The position numbers and the translations under genes were made by a program. Below are positions 9,622-19,892 of a stretch of DNA of 64,000 bases, in pieces. The first letter of the stretch is position 1. The number at the start of each line of letters is the position of its first letter. This DNA is from Opitutales bacterium (GTDB taxonomy: Bacteria > Verrucomicrobiota > Verrucomicrobiia > Opitutales > PNEW01). The notes below the pieces were generated by a model, which saw nothing but the letters and a program-made list of their open reading frames with translations, had not been told where the DNA came from and did not search any database. The DNA lies in the NCBI GenBank assembly GCA_965197745.1, contig CBDANS010000006.1, positions 1,088,001-1,152,000 on the forward strand, read 5' to 3'.

Positions 9622-10707
9622 TTATGAGTCACGTCCAAGCCATTCACCTATTTCTTTCTCAAAACAATGGGATTCAGCATAGGTAACACTGATGTTTTTA
9701 ATAAACTCAGTGGCTTCATCGGTAAAAAGGCCTATATCAATCAGCCACTGCACAGACTCTTGCACAGCTTGCAATGAGCTGTAACGCGGTTGATAATCGA
9801 TCAATCGTTGAGCTTTCGCAATGCTGCAATTAGGGCTGTGTGCAATAAGATCGCGGCTTGTTCGTGCCTCATTATAAGAAACCGTTTTTTTCCACTCTTC
9901 CCACGGGAGGAAACTGAGTTTAGCGGGTTGCCCAAACCAAGAGGCCATCGACTCAGCATACCCGCGATATGTCAGCGCGGATGGCGATACAACGTGGAAA
10001 CTTTCACCTACCGCATTGCTCCAATTTGCCAATGCCTTCATGAATGCCTGTGCTACATCGTCAGCATGGACATGATGGCAGGTTTCCAAGCCAAAATTCG
10101 GAAGCGTCACATTTTCTCCTCGGGCCAGCTTGTCAAAAACCTGCGCGTTGAAGTTTCCGAGTGGATTTACAGGGGCATACCCAGGCCCTACAATGTGACC
10201 GGGATGCAACACGGTTGCGGGAAAACCGAACTGTCTGGCTTCCGCGAGGAGGTAAGACTCGATCGCCGCTTTATTGATGCCATAACCTGATTTTTCACGT
10301 TCTTCGATGGTGCCATCCCTGATATTGCCAAAAGGATTACGTGGTTGCGTTTCCTCGGTCGGCACGCTGACACTGTGTCCATGCACCCAGATCGAGCCAC
10401 AATGTAGAAAATGTTGAACATGGCCTCGTAACGCTTCTACCAGGTGACGGGCGCTTTCTGGAGTGAAACAAATCATGTCAATGACCGCGTCACCATTAAG
10501 TTCACGAATCTGCTGCCCAAAGGTCCCTTGCTCTTCAGCATGGAAGCGATCAATCTGGACCTGCTGAACTGCGTCCCACATAGCGTTTGACTGGTAGGGC
10601 GAACGTTCCTGACGACTGACTGAAACCACTTCATGACCCGCTTCGATCAGACGTGGCACGAGATAGGTTCCCGCATGGCCTGTTCCGCCAATTATTACTA
10701 CTTTCAT
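9622..10707 (-). CDS. NAD-dependent epimerase/dehydratase family protein
   Basis: MKVVIIGGTGHAG Rossmann motif and YGINK; start moved to ATG 10707. Confidence 0.85.
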   Translation of the reverse strand: MKVVIIGGTGHAGTYLVPRLIEAGHEVVSVSRQERSPYQSNAMWDAVQQVQIDRFHAEEQGTFGQQIRELNGDAVIDMICFTPESARHLVEALRGHVQHFLHCGSIWVHGHSVSVPTEETQPRNPFGNIRDGTIEEREKSGYGINKAAIESYLLAEARQFGFPATVLHPGHIVGPGYAPVNPLGNFNAQVFDKLARGENVTLPNFGLETCHHVHADDVAQAFMKALANWSNAVGESFHVVSPSALTYRGYAESMASWFGQPAKLSFLPWEEWKKTVSYNEARTSRDLIAHSPNCSIAKAQRLIDYQPRYSSLQAVQESVQWLIDIGLFTDEATEFIKNISVTYAESHCFEKEIGEWLGRDS

Positions 10708-10876
10708 AGAGATAATGAAATATGTTGCTCTACATCTTTCCAAGTAAAAACAGAAGTAAGCAGCCAACGAAACGAAAATTGACTCATAGTATTCTACTAC
10801 CCTATGGTGAAGAATACTTTGAATTTGATCTCTTTTTCTAATCAAACAACACCAAGTCCGAGGAAGTTATATAAAA

Positions 10877-11317
10877 ATGGCGAAAAATGTTCCTCTCATC
10901 AGTTCTGGAGCATCGGGCCCTCTCGGGGTCCTACATCTTCCGCGTTTATGGTTAAAAACTTCGCTCGATGCCACAGGTCAGTTGCCAGACGATTATCGGG
11001 CGGGTGTTGGCGGCTTCGATACTATGGTCCTGGTCGGGCTTGGTCTAGATAAGGACGAGTTCCTAGCGTATATTAAAGATAGCAAACCAACATACTGCCA
11101 ATTGGAAAAATGGATCCTCGAAAAAAAAGGAGGCTCTCTTGATGCTGCTGCAGTCAAAGAATTAAATAACGTGATCAGCGGCTATGTCTTTCCTGACGAA
11201 ACGCGCGCATCCATCTGCAGTGATTCAGGTATTCCTGATGACGGAAGTATTAAGGATATCATCAGTTTAAATAATCTCGATGACTGGTATTCCTTTCACA
11301 AGGCTATGCTAAGCTAA
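10877..11317 (+). CDS. DUF5069-like protein
   Basis: Motif GPLGVLHLPRLWLK..GFD..L..LG recalled from this family. Confidence 0.7.
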   Translation: MAKNVPLISSGASGPLGVLHLPRLWLKTSLDATGQLPDDYRAGVGGFDTMVLVGLGLDKDEFLAYIKDSKPTYCQLEKWILEKKGGSLDAAAVKELNNVISGYVFPDETRASICSDSGIPDDGSIKDIISLNNLDDWYSFHKAMLS

Positions 11318-11565
11318 AAAGAGCAAAGAGAAGAGCGTGCATCTGAGAAACCTCAGGCAAATATTTAGACCCTAGACGGGGGGTGTAAAGCTTCGGCGCA
11401 ACCGTTGCCATATATATTCATTAGCGTGTGAACGGGTGGTAGAAAACCTAAAAATATCGGGCCATCTATGAAATTTACTTACCCTTCAATGCTGAAGCCC
11501 AAACTTTTCTCTTGGCTAAGGAGAGAACTTATCGATGCTCTTTTTATTATTTTAGTAACTGAATT

Positions 11566-12567
11566 ATGGCCGCAGCTAAAAAAAAGATTCTCGTCGTTGG
11601 CACGGGTACAATAGGTGAATGTCATACGCGTTGCATACTAGCGACAAATCGCGCAGAAGTTTCAATTTGTGAAACCAATGATAATCAGCGAAAAAAAATA
11701 GCAAATAATTATAAAATCAAAAATAGCTATGCCGATTTTACATTGGCCCTCGAAGCAGGACATGACGCTGTTGTGATCGCAACACCTGCGCACCTGCATA
11801 TTCCCATGGCGCAACAAGCAGCAGAGTCTGGTCACCATCTATTGATCGAAAAACCATTATCTGTAAGTTTAGAGGGGATTGATCATCTCGATAGAACTAT
11901 CAGGGAGCGAAAGCTCATTGCTGGAGTCGCTTATGTCTTACGCCACATCCCTATACTTTCAGCAATGAAGAAAGCCCTCGACAGTGGACGCTTTGGACGC
12001 CCCTTGCATATTTCTGTAGTCAGGGGCTGGCACTTCCCCACCTCCCGACCCAATTACAAAGATATTTATTACGCCAGTCATGCTATGGGAGGAGGCGCTA
12101 TTCAGGATGGTTTAACACATCTTATCAATACCGTAAGCTGGCTCGCTGGACCGGTCGAACGCCTGGTTGCCGACTGCGCGCATCAAGTTTTGGAAGGAGT
12201 TGAAGTCGAAGACACAGTCAACGTCTTAACCCGGCATGGCGACACGCTCGCTTCCATCAGCATGAATCAATATCAAGCCCCTGATGAAGGAGTGATCACC
12301 GTGGTCTGTGAATGCGGCACGTTGCGAGCTGAAATTCATTGTAATCGCATGCGCTGGATGATGGAACCTGAAACTGAGTGGGAGGAAGAGACCTGGCCAG
12401 ATTTTGAGCGCGAACATGCGTTTATATCCCAGGCGAACATTTTTTTTGACGCTATCGACGGCAAGAGTGAAATGCCCTGTAACTTATCCGAAGCGCGCCA
12501 TACCCTGGAGTGTAATCTTGCTATCCTGGAGGCAGCTCGCAATCCTTCCAATTGGGAAATATTATGA
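11566..12567 (+). CDS. Gfo/Idh/MocA oxidoreductase
   Basis: VVGTGTIG, ATPAHLH, LIEKP and GGGAIQD..H motifs. Confidence 0.9.
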   Translation: MAAAKKKILVVGTGTIGECHTRCILATNRAEVSICETNDNQRKKIANNYKIKNSYADFTLALEAGHDAVVIATPAHLHIPMAQQAAESGHHLLIEKPLSVSLEGIDHLDRTIRERKLIAGVAYVLRHIPILSAMKKALDSGRFGRPLHISVVRGWHFPTSRPNYKDIYYASHAMGGGAIQDGLTHLINTVSWLAGPVERLVADCAHQVLEGVEVEDTVNVLTRHGDTLASISMNQYQAPDEGVITVVCECGTLRAEIHCNRMRWMMEPETEWEEETWPDFEREHAFISQANIFFDAIDGKSEMPCNLSEARHTLECNLAILEAARNPSNWEIL

Positions 12568-12890
12568 CCGACCCTTTTCTTATTCCCACTGAGATCGCAG
12601 AGTATTCGAATTAAAGAAGAATAAACCACGAATAATCACGAATATAAAATACGAAAAGTATAGGAATTAAAAACATAAGAAAAATAGCAAACATTACAGT
12701 GTTTCACCTGATCTCTATCTTATTTCCTATTCTATTTTCTGCGGACACTGCGTCTCTGCGGTGAAACATTCTTTTTCTGAGTTCATGAGTTCTAAATTGT
12801 CATTTTGTGTCTCTTGCTTGCCGGCCATGAAATGCCGAGAAGGGTCAGGCTGTGCTACGGTGTATTGTTGGGCGGGAACGACAACATCGT

Positions 12891-13745
12891 CTATGCGCCA
12901 AGCTCGGACGGCTTTCTCGCCAGGAAGAGGATAGAATCGTTTTCCGCAGTGGTCTCTACTTTTTCGTCGTTATGAATGGCCTCTATCTGAAACCCAGCTG
13001 CTTCGAGCATCTGTCTCAACTCGTTGCGGAAGTAGTAGTTCTCGGTGAGTGTGTATTCTTCTTCCTCTATCACCTTCCCATTGCGCCATAGGACCGTGCG
13101 CATTTGGCGGGTAACACACTGTTCAAGGGGATTGAACGCCACAACTCTAAGGTAAAGCTCGTAATCTGTTCCCACAAAATGGCCGTTGCCGACCCACTGG
13201 TTCCGGCGAGCCGATCCTGCCGGTGCCTTTCCCATTGTATCTGGCCATGGTTCCGGTAAATGATTCCGGTTCTTCTTCGGCCACAGCTGCCACTCCCTGG
13301 CATTTGCATAAGGCATTTCTCTATCCAGGAGAAGCACGCCGCCCGGATCCAGGTGCTGGTAGAAGCGTTGCAGCGCAAGAAAATCCTGCTCTCGGCTCAC
13401 ACCTATCCCAAACGCGCCGCTGACAAAAATAGTCAGGTAGGTGCGTGGTAAGTCAAGTTCGTGCAGCGCTTGCTCATAGAGATTAGGACTGAGACCTTCA
13501 TTTTCACAGGCAAGCCGACAAAGCGAGACCATATCTCCCGACACATCACATCCATCAATATCAAGGCCTGCCTTTAAGAGTGGGATCAGCAAGCGGCCAG
13601 TCCCGCATCCGGCATCGAGAACAGGTTGCCCGTAGTGCTCGATCCTCCGCTGGAGGTTTTCGATCTCCGCGCCGTCTGCCGTATTGTGTTCGGCCCAGTA
13701 GCGTGCGCATAAGCCATAGTGCCATGTCTGCGGTTGCTCGTTCAT
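12891..13745 (-). CDS. Class I SAM-dependent methyltransferase
   Basis: VLDAGCGTGR and LDPGGVL motifs. Confidence 0.9.
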   Translation of the reverse strand: MNEQPQTWHYGLCARYWAEHNTADGAEIENLQRRIEHYGQPVLDAGCGTGRLLIPLLKAGLDIDGCDVSGDMVSLCRLACENEGLSPNLYEQALHELDLPRTYLTIFVSGAFGIGVSREQDFLALQRFYQHLDPGGVLLLDREMPYANAREWQLWPKKNRNHLPEPWPDTMGKAPAGSARRNQWVGNGHFVGTDYELYLRVVAFNPLEQCVTRQMRTVLWRNGKVIEEEEYTLTENYYFRNELRQMLEAAGFQIEAIHNDEKVETTAENDSILFLARKPSELGA

Positions 13746-13805
13746 AGGACTTCACACATCAAATTCTGCGATTGTTTTAACCCTGAACCCATAGCCGTGA
13801 ACCTC

Positions 13806-14615
13806 CTAACCCGTAATTCTCTTTAAACGCATTACTTGTCGCGCATGATCGGAGAGACTGTCCCAGAGTTCGCGGGGTATCGTATCTTCCATAGGCGCAA
13901 TCGGTTTCCCGCTATAAAACCAGGGACGGCTGAAATGCATGATGAGATCATCGCGCGGTTGATCGGAGACGTTGGGCGTTCCGCGGTGGAAAAGACGGAG
14001 ATCGAAGACCCAAATGGATCCGCGTTTCACGTTGAGTCGGAGAGGGTAGTAGTTGCCTGTTCGATTCGGGCCCTCGCCAAGAACGTGATCGAACCACTTC
14101 CCTCTTTTTCCATCAATCGATGAATAACAAACCTCCTTATCCGCGATATAATGACTGCCAGGGAGCACTTCAATACTGCCATTCTCTTCCGTAGAACTGA
14201 CAAGGGGAATACGGAGCGCCACCCTGATCGTCGGGGTCATCATTCCTGGGAAGAGAGGTTCCAGATCGCGATGCCACCGCTGATAGACGGCGCCGGGAAA
14301 CGGCGTAAGCGAACTGTAATCCTGGAAGATATAATCTTCCCCGAGAACACTTTCAAAAAGTTTAACGAGGGCGGGATGATCAAAAATCTCCGGGTCGACA
14401 AAGGGGAGCACAAGGGGTATGTCGATAGCGTAACGGTCCGGGCCACGGTTGGGATTGTCCCCCTGCCTTTCAATTTCCCGGTCCCGGATCGGCAACCATG
14501 CCTCGTAGATCCGACCGAGAATGTCAGTGGGTATAAAGTCTTCAATGACGATAAACCCGTTAATCTTAAATTCTTCAATCAGTTGGTCGGTATCTATCTC
14601 TGTCGCTAAGCTCAT
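13806..14615 (-). CDS. PhyH-family Fe/2OG dioxygenase
   Basis: WHRD, NGSIEVLPGSH, FHRGTPN..PR. Confidence 0.9.
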   Translation of the reverse strand: MSLATEIDTDQLIEEFKINGFIVIEDFIPTDILGRIYEAWLPIRDREIERQGDNPNRGPDRYAIDIPLVLPFVDPEIFDHPALVKLFESVLGEDYIFQDYSSLTPFPGAVYQRWHRDLEPLFPGMMTPTIRVALRIPLVSSTEENGSIEVLPGSHYIADKEVCYSSIDGKRGKWFDHVLGEGPNRTGNYYPLRLNVKRGSIWVFDLRLFHRGTPNVSDQPRDDLIMHFSRPWFYSGKPIAPMEDTIPRELWDSLSDHARQVMRLKRITG

Positions 14616-14744
14616 GACAGGTAAGACAAGAGGTCAAAAAGTCAGAAAGTCAAAAGGTCAAAATGTGGAAGACGCGATCGCGGAATATAAGAATTACTAT
14701 TTAATAAATGGTGGAACGCGCTGTCCCTAGCGCGTTGTGAACTG

Positions 14745-15539
14745 TTAAATTTTCGCACCCAGTGCGGCAAGATTTTCAACCATACCTCGAATACGCGGTC
14801 GTTTACTATTGAGAAAATTCTCATGGGGTTGAAAAACTTTACTCCTGGCGTAGAAAATTGATGATGTATTATAAAGGGCATTGAGGTCACGATCGTTTGT
14901 TGGGTGTGCCGCAAACTTCAAGGCAATGATGCGGCGACCTTCCCAGCCACCGAAGACACTATGAAAGAGGCATTGATTAAATAAAACAACGTCACCCGGA
15001 TCTGACTCCAGAGGATAACAGGGTAGATCTTCTCCCGGTGCACCAAATGGCATCGATTGAGGATCCATTTCCTGGGCTCCCAGTTCCTGATGAAAAGGCA
15101 TCTGATGTGAACCCGGAATAATGCGCAGGCATCCGGTATTTTTCGTGACCGGGTCGAGATAGAGCATAATTTTCAGGCGGCAATAACTTACATCTTCTTC
15201 TTCCTCTTTTCGCCAGCATTTACGGTCCGAATGCCATTTATGGACTGCTCTTTTCGTAACATTCCCTTCAGACCCAAACCAGATAAATTCTGGTCCCAGC
15301 AATTGTTCAGCGAGTTGAAATATTCGGTCATCATCCACCAGTTCGGTTAATACGGGACTCGTCTCAACGAAATAATTCATGTGTATACCATCATCACCTA
15401 CAGCCTCATTGCGACGATACTTCTCCCATAGTTTTTCTGCTTCGCGTGTGATCTTTTCCATTTCCTGTGAGGAGAAAACCTGCCGCATAAAAAGAAAACC
15501 AAAGGTTTCAAAGTGTGCTATCTGTTCTGGAGTCAACAT
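14745..15539 (-). CDS. PhyH-family dioxygenase (close paralogue A)
   Basis: MLTPEQIAHFETFGF, WHSD, GCLRIIPGSH, PGDVVLF..FH. Confidence 0.9.
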   Translation of the reverse strand: MLTPEQIAHFETFGFLFMRQVFSSQEMEKITREAEKLWEKYRRNEAVGDDGIHMNYFVETSPVLTELVDDDRIFQLAEQLLGPEFIWFGSEGNVTKRAVHKWHSDRKCWRKEEEEDVSYCRLKIMLYLDPVTKNTGCLRIIPGSHQMPFHQELGAQEMDPQSMPFGAPGEDLPCYPLESDPGDVVLFNQCLFHSVFGGWEGRRIIALKFAAHPTNDRDLNALYNTSSIFYARSKVFQPHENFLNSKRPRIRGMVENLAALGAKI

Positions 15540-15750
15540 GATGAAAAATTTATGAATTTTTCAGTGTCAGGTGTTAAGTTTTAAGGACGCACAAAATCAG
15601 GGTCAAACGTAGAATATAAATATACTCGGTAAGCAGGGCCCGGCAGTCGATTGATTCATGATGCATGCTGCAGGATACCGGATGCGCGATGCAGTATTCA
15701 GGATGTCATGGGGTAGGGGGTCGGATTGCAGAATGTGAATTTATTTTTAT

Positions 15751-15853
15751 TGTCATTGCGAGGAGCAACGCGACGTGGCAATCCAGGCGAATGAATGTAC
15801 GCAACCGACATTCCCCTGGATCGCCACGGCTGACAAGCAGCCTCGCGATGACA
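15751..15853. repeat. Palindromic TGTCATTGCGAGG element
   Basis: Terminal inverted repeat TGTCATTGCGAGG/CCTCGCGATGACA and inner CGTGGCAATCCAGG/CCTGGATCGCCACG. Confidence 0.85.
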
Positions 15854-15883
15854 AGGTATTTCAATCGAAAATCGGCAATCGTA

Positions 15884-18091
15884 TCATTCTATCGTTAACT
15901 CTTCAACGGCAACCTCGATCGCATCTCCGTCCTCGTTGGCGAAGGTTGCATCGATACTCAGCGTCGGCTGAGGCGTTTCGTCGGACTTGAAGTTGTTCTG
16001 AGTGATCAGGGTCTCAAACCCCGGTGTCGTCGATCCACTCTCTGCCACGACGATCGAAGCGTCATTTGTCTGCACCAGGTCTCCTCCCGTGATGCGCAAC
16101 CCGGGGTTGCCCGCCGGTACCGTGAAGGAACCTTCTCCGAACAGGAGATGGGGCACCGCGTCACCATCGGCGTCGATGTCACCCACCGTTAAACGTACCG
16201 CGATCGGCACACCGCGCGCATGGAAGCCCACCTTGCCCGTGCTTCCACTGAACACGGCATTCGATAACTGTACCCCTCCCAGTCCCGTGGAGTTGACTAC
16301 TTCCACGAGGGCTACGTCTGCCTGGGCATCATAGACCTGTCCTTCGGGGAAAAGGGCCTGATTAAAGGCGTTGATCCTGCCCACGGTAAAGATACTGAAG
16401 AAGGTATTGGCGTCCGCTCCATCGATGACCACGCTCGGTTTGCCCGTCACGTACTCCACGGCCTGGTTGTAGCGTGGAGGGATGGCCGGGGGGAGAAAGG
16501 TGGCTGGATCGAGGGTTACGGTAAAGGTGCCATTACCTGAAAATTCTACCTGCACGATGTCCTCGTTTTCATCCATGAAGGAGACGCGTGTAATCTGTCC
16601 CGGCTTAGCCTGGAGTTGGACGGACTCCCCGGTGAGTAAAATCTGATCGAAGACATTGCCGTTGGCATGCTGGATGTTTTCACCGGCGATATCTCCCGAG
16701 CCGTCGAGGACGAGGGGCACTGAGGGCGCTGCCACAGTGATGACCGCGGTATCGCTGTCAGCACTACCTCCGGCGTTTGTAACCTGTGCCCAGTAGTTTG
16801 TGCTCGTGGTGAGCGCCCCGGTAGTTAGCGTGCCGCCTGTGGCTCCGACAACGGGGTTGGCGGTGTCACCACTGTTGCCGGTATACCACTGGTTAGTGAG
16901 ATCATCGCCGCTGGCGGCAACCGATAGAACGACAGCTGTACCGGACTGCACTTCCTGGCTCGCGGGTTGGGTGGTAATGGAGGGACCTGTTGCGGGGGGC
17001 GGTTCACCGCCGCCGTCGAAACCGGGGGTTCCAATAGGGGTAAAACCGAAGTCGGCGATACCCGTTAGGCTGAACGATGGATTTACATTTTCTTTATCGC
17101 TTAAAGTAATTTTGGCAATGCCGCCCACGGCTCCCAATTCACTGGCAACCAATTTATAATTAAGAGGAAGGGATTCTTCTCGAATGTCCGCCGGGAAATC
17201 TTCGAGCGTAGTGAGTAAGTTATCTACCGTGTCAAATACCTCAATAGTACCGTCACTTTGGCCTAGTGTTGCTGTGTTCTGTGTTGCGGTGGCATAAAAT
17301 TGAACCCGCGCTGCCGGGGTTTCGAAAGTGATCGTTGAGGTTTCACCATTTAACACTCTCCAGAGGTTGCATGTTCGGCGTTGATTTCCCAATTCACCTG
17401 CTCTTACAAAGCCATCAGTAAACGTGGCGGCAAAAGGAGATGATCCAACCGTAATTTCTTGTTCTGCTTCGTTGAATTCACAAAATGTGGTATACACGGT
17501 ATTATTCCTTGGCTCATCTGAAAGGGTAAAACCAAGATCATCGACGACTAATTTTCCCGTGACATTAAAGAACTTAATTTCAGCTATACCATCATAATAG
17601 GCGAAGAAACCTAATTCCCGAAAATCATCTCTCACCGCGACGAATCGTTGCACAGAAGGATTGCTATCAGGGTTGATACTGGTCGGTAAGCCAGTTACTA
17701 CATACTGCGGTAATAAGGATATTAAATTAACATCTTCATTTTGGATTAATTGGAAACCTCGGGCTTCGAACTTACCCGCGCCCGTGTTTTCGGCCACGTA
17801 GAATTCGATTTCATCAATCCCCCTTTCATAGACGATCTTCCCTTCCTGACCAGGCCCGAGGGTTATCGCTTTTGTTCCGGAGTGTAAGAGCGCCGGATCT
17901 TCCAGCGTTTCCACCGTGAATCCGACTATCTTGATTCTGTTGGGTTCTTCCCCAATGAAAAATTCACCTTCCCCGCTGATGTCCTCAAAATCGGTGAACA
18001 CCTCCAGATCTTGAGGCAGGGCCGACAGGCGCACCGGTATATAGAGAAAAAGAATCAGAAGCGGAATTATTTTTATAGGTTGTCTTTCCAT
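15884..18091 (-). CDS. Secreted surface protein with the conserved C-terminal domain (copy 2)
   Basis: Same architecture as 4912..7158 with a divergent central region. Confidence 0.85.
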   Translation of the reverse strand: MERQPIKIIPLLILFLYIPVRLSALPQDLEVFTDFEDISGEGEFFIGEEPNRIKIVGFTVETLEDPALLHSGTKAITLGPGQEGKIVYERGIDEIEFYVAENTGAGKFEARGFQLIQNEDVNLISLLPQYVVTGLPTSINPDSNPSVQRFVAVRDDFRELGFFAYYDGIAEIKFFNVTGKLVVDDLGFTLSDEPRNNTVYTTFCEFNEAEQEITVGSSPFAATFTDGFVRAGELGNQRRTCNLWRVLNGETSTITFETPAARVQFYATATQNTATLGQSDGTIEVFDTVDNLLTTLEDFPADIREESLPLNYKLVASELGAVGGIAKITLSDKENVNPSFSLTGIADFGFTPIGTPGFDGGGEPPPATGPSITTQPASQEVQSGTAVVLSVAASGDDLTNQWYTGNSGDTANPVVGATGGTLTTGALTTSTNYWAQVTNAGGSADSDTAVITVAAPSVPLVLDGSGDIAGENIQHANGNVFDQILLTGESVQLQAKPGQITRVSFMDENEDIVQVEFSGNGTFTVTLDPATFLPPAIPPRYNQAVEYVTGKPSVVIDGADANTFFSIFTVGRINAFNQALFPEGQVYDAQADVALVEVVNSTGLGGVQLSNAVFSGSTGKVGFHARGVPIAVRLTVGDIDADGDAVPHLLFGEGSFTVPAGNPGLRITGGDLVQTNDASIVVAESGSTTPGFETLITQNNFKSDETPQPTLSIDATFANEDGDAIEVAVEELTIE

Positions 18092-18239
18092 CCTGTTATG
18101 TTGATAGAGTGATGCCAGAAATGTGACAAGGAAATTACTTTTTTTCGGGTACGGTAGCCTCTAGTTTAATTATAAATTGGTAACAGGCGAGGGCTATAGG
18201 CGGATTTATAAAATGCCGTATAAATTAATTAAGGGCAAT

Positions 18240-19403
18240 TTATACGTTAACGGCTGCGGATACATCCACCACATAAACCTGCCGCGTCCCCTCGTGAATC
18301 GAATCAAAGCAAACCTGCGTTTCATTCCGACTCCAGCGGGGATGCAGATCACAGCGGATTTCGCCCCTAAATGGCGGAGGAGCTGGAAAACGCCCCAGAA
18401 CGACCCGGCGCTCTTCGAGCATGTGCCACAGCAATAAGGTTTGGCGATTCTCTTTGTCCGGGGATTCATCCGTCAGAAGCCAGGTACCATCTCGGGTGAA
18501 GCTACAGTGGCCATTTTTGGTCAGGATATCAGGTCGAACCATCTGATATTCGCCACTGCTGTCGTTGATCAAGTAATAGTGGTATCCCTCCGGCATCATG
18601 ACCCAGCCAAAAAGAATCTCTGAGGTCTGCCAGTCGAAGTGGGAGGCACACAAGTCTGTCACCACGCGCAGATCGCCGCCCTCCAGGCTGGCTGACATGA
18701 GGATGGTGTGCTTGATCTCAATCCCTGGCTCATTCCAGCGCACGACAAAGGCAACCCGAGTGTCGTCTCGATTGATAACGGTGTGATTGAACCATAATTT
18801 ATGGCTCTGGACTTCAGGATTGTCACTGAAGAAGGCCCGCACCTCTTCATATGAGACCAGGACTTTGGTCTGGCCGGTTTCTGTATCCATCAGATAAATC
18901 CCATCGTCGGTGGGGTGGTTCTGATCGGCAAAGGGGTCAGGCAATCCGGCGTAACCGACCACCGGGCGCAGCGACTTGAGTCGGGCATAGTTGAGGCCCA
19001 GTGCCCGGTGGCCATCACGGCTCAGCGCACTGATGGGATAGGGAAGAATGCGTTTCTCCCCCGAATGAATGTCAAGTACCACGCTGACAAACCGATCATC
19101 CTGCAGGGCATTATAGGTGATCAGGCGGTCCGGTGCGGTGGGCAGCCAATGTAACATACAGCCTTGTTGCAAATTCCAGGCCTGGGTTTCCGCCAGCGGT
19201 TCGAATTTGCCCGAAGCCAGTTCTACCAAACCAACCACAACCGTGTCCCCTGCGCCCGGTGGCCGGTCGTGGAAATCCGACTCCAAACAGAGGACGTACT
19301 GGCCTGTGGCATCCCAAGGACAGATACCATAGTAGCCAAAGAAGTGGTGTTTTGGACCTTGGGTGATTGCTTTGGCGACGAAGTGCTGTTCTGTTGTGTT
19401 CAT
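18240..19403 (-). CDS. Beta-propeller protein (TolB-like / oligogalacturonate lyase-like)
   Basis: HHFFGYY, WNLQQG, GHCSF and RCDLHPRWSR motifs. Confidence 0.65.
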   Translation of the reverse strand: MNTTEQHFVAKAITQGPKHHFFGYYGICPWDATGQYVLCLESDFHDRPPGAGDTVVVGLVELASGKFEPLAETQAWNLQQGCMLHWLPTAPDRLITYNALQDDRFVSVVLDIHSGEKRILPYPISALSRDGHRALGLNYARLKSLRPVVGYAGLPDPFADQNHPTDDGIYLMDTETGQTKVLVSYEEVRAFFSDNPEVQSHKLWFNHTVINRDDTRVAFVVRWNEPGIEIKHTILMSASLEGGDLRVVTDLCASHFDWQTSEILFGWVMMPEGYHYYLINDSSGEYQMVRPDILTKNGHCSFTRDGTWLLTDESPDKENRQTLLLWHMLEERRVVLGRFPAPPPFRGEIRCDLHPRWSRNETQVCFDSIHEGTRQVYVVDVSAAVNV

Positions 19404-19411
19404 GTTGCCCC

Positions 19412-19486
19412 TTGAGTATGGAAAATCTGCCGTAATTAAAGAAAACCAAAGGTTTCAAAGTGTGCTATTTGTTCTGGAGTCAACAT
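19412..19486 (-). pseudogene. 5' stub of a PhyH paralogue (MLTPEQIAHFETFGFL*LRQIF)
   Basis: Near-identical to the 5' end and upstream DNA of 14745..15539; TAA after codon 16. Confidence 0.9.
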
Positions 19487-19711
19487 GATGAAATATTTAT
19501 GAGTTTTTCAGTGTCAGGTGTTAGGTTTAAAGGACGCACAAAATCAGGGTCAAACGTAGAATTTAAATATACTTGGTAGCGGGGCCCGGCAGTCGATTGA
19601 TTCATGATGCATGCTGCAGGATACCGGATGCGCGATGCAGTATTCAGAATGTAAGGTGTCGGGGTTTGAAGAATTTAGTATGCCAGATTGCAGAATGTGG
19701 ATTTATTTTAT

Positions 19712-19848
19712 TGTAATTGCGAGGGAGGCGAAGCCGACTGCGGCAATCCAGGGGAATGCCGGTAACGTATTGACATTCCCCTGGATCGCCACGGCTGACA
19801 AGCAACCTCCAGCCGTCGCCGAGGCTATGGCCGACAGGCGCGATGACA
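19712..19848. repeat. Palindromic element copy with a nested 30-nt insertion
   Basis: Aligns to 15751-15853, with an extra CCAGCCGTCGCCGAGGCTATGGCCGACAGG at 19809-19838. Confidence 0.85.
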
Positions 19849-19892
19849 AGGTATTTCAATCGTCAATCTAAATTCGGAAATCCGCAATCGCA

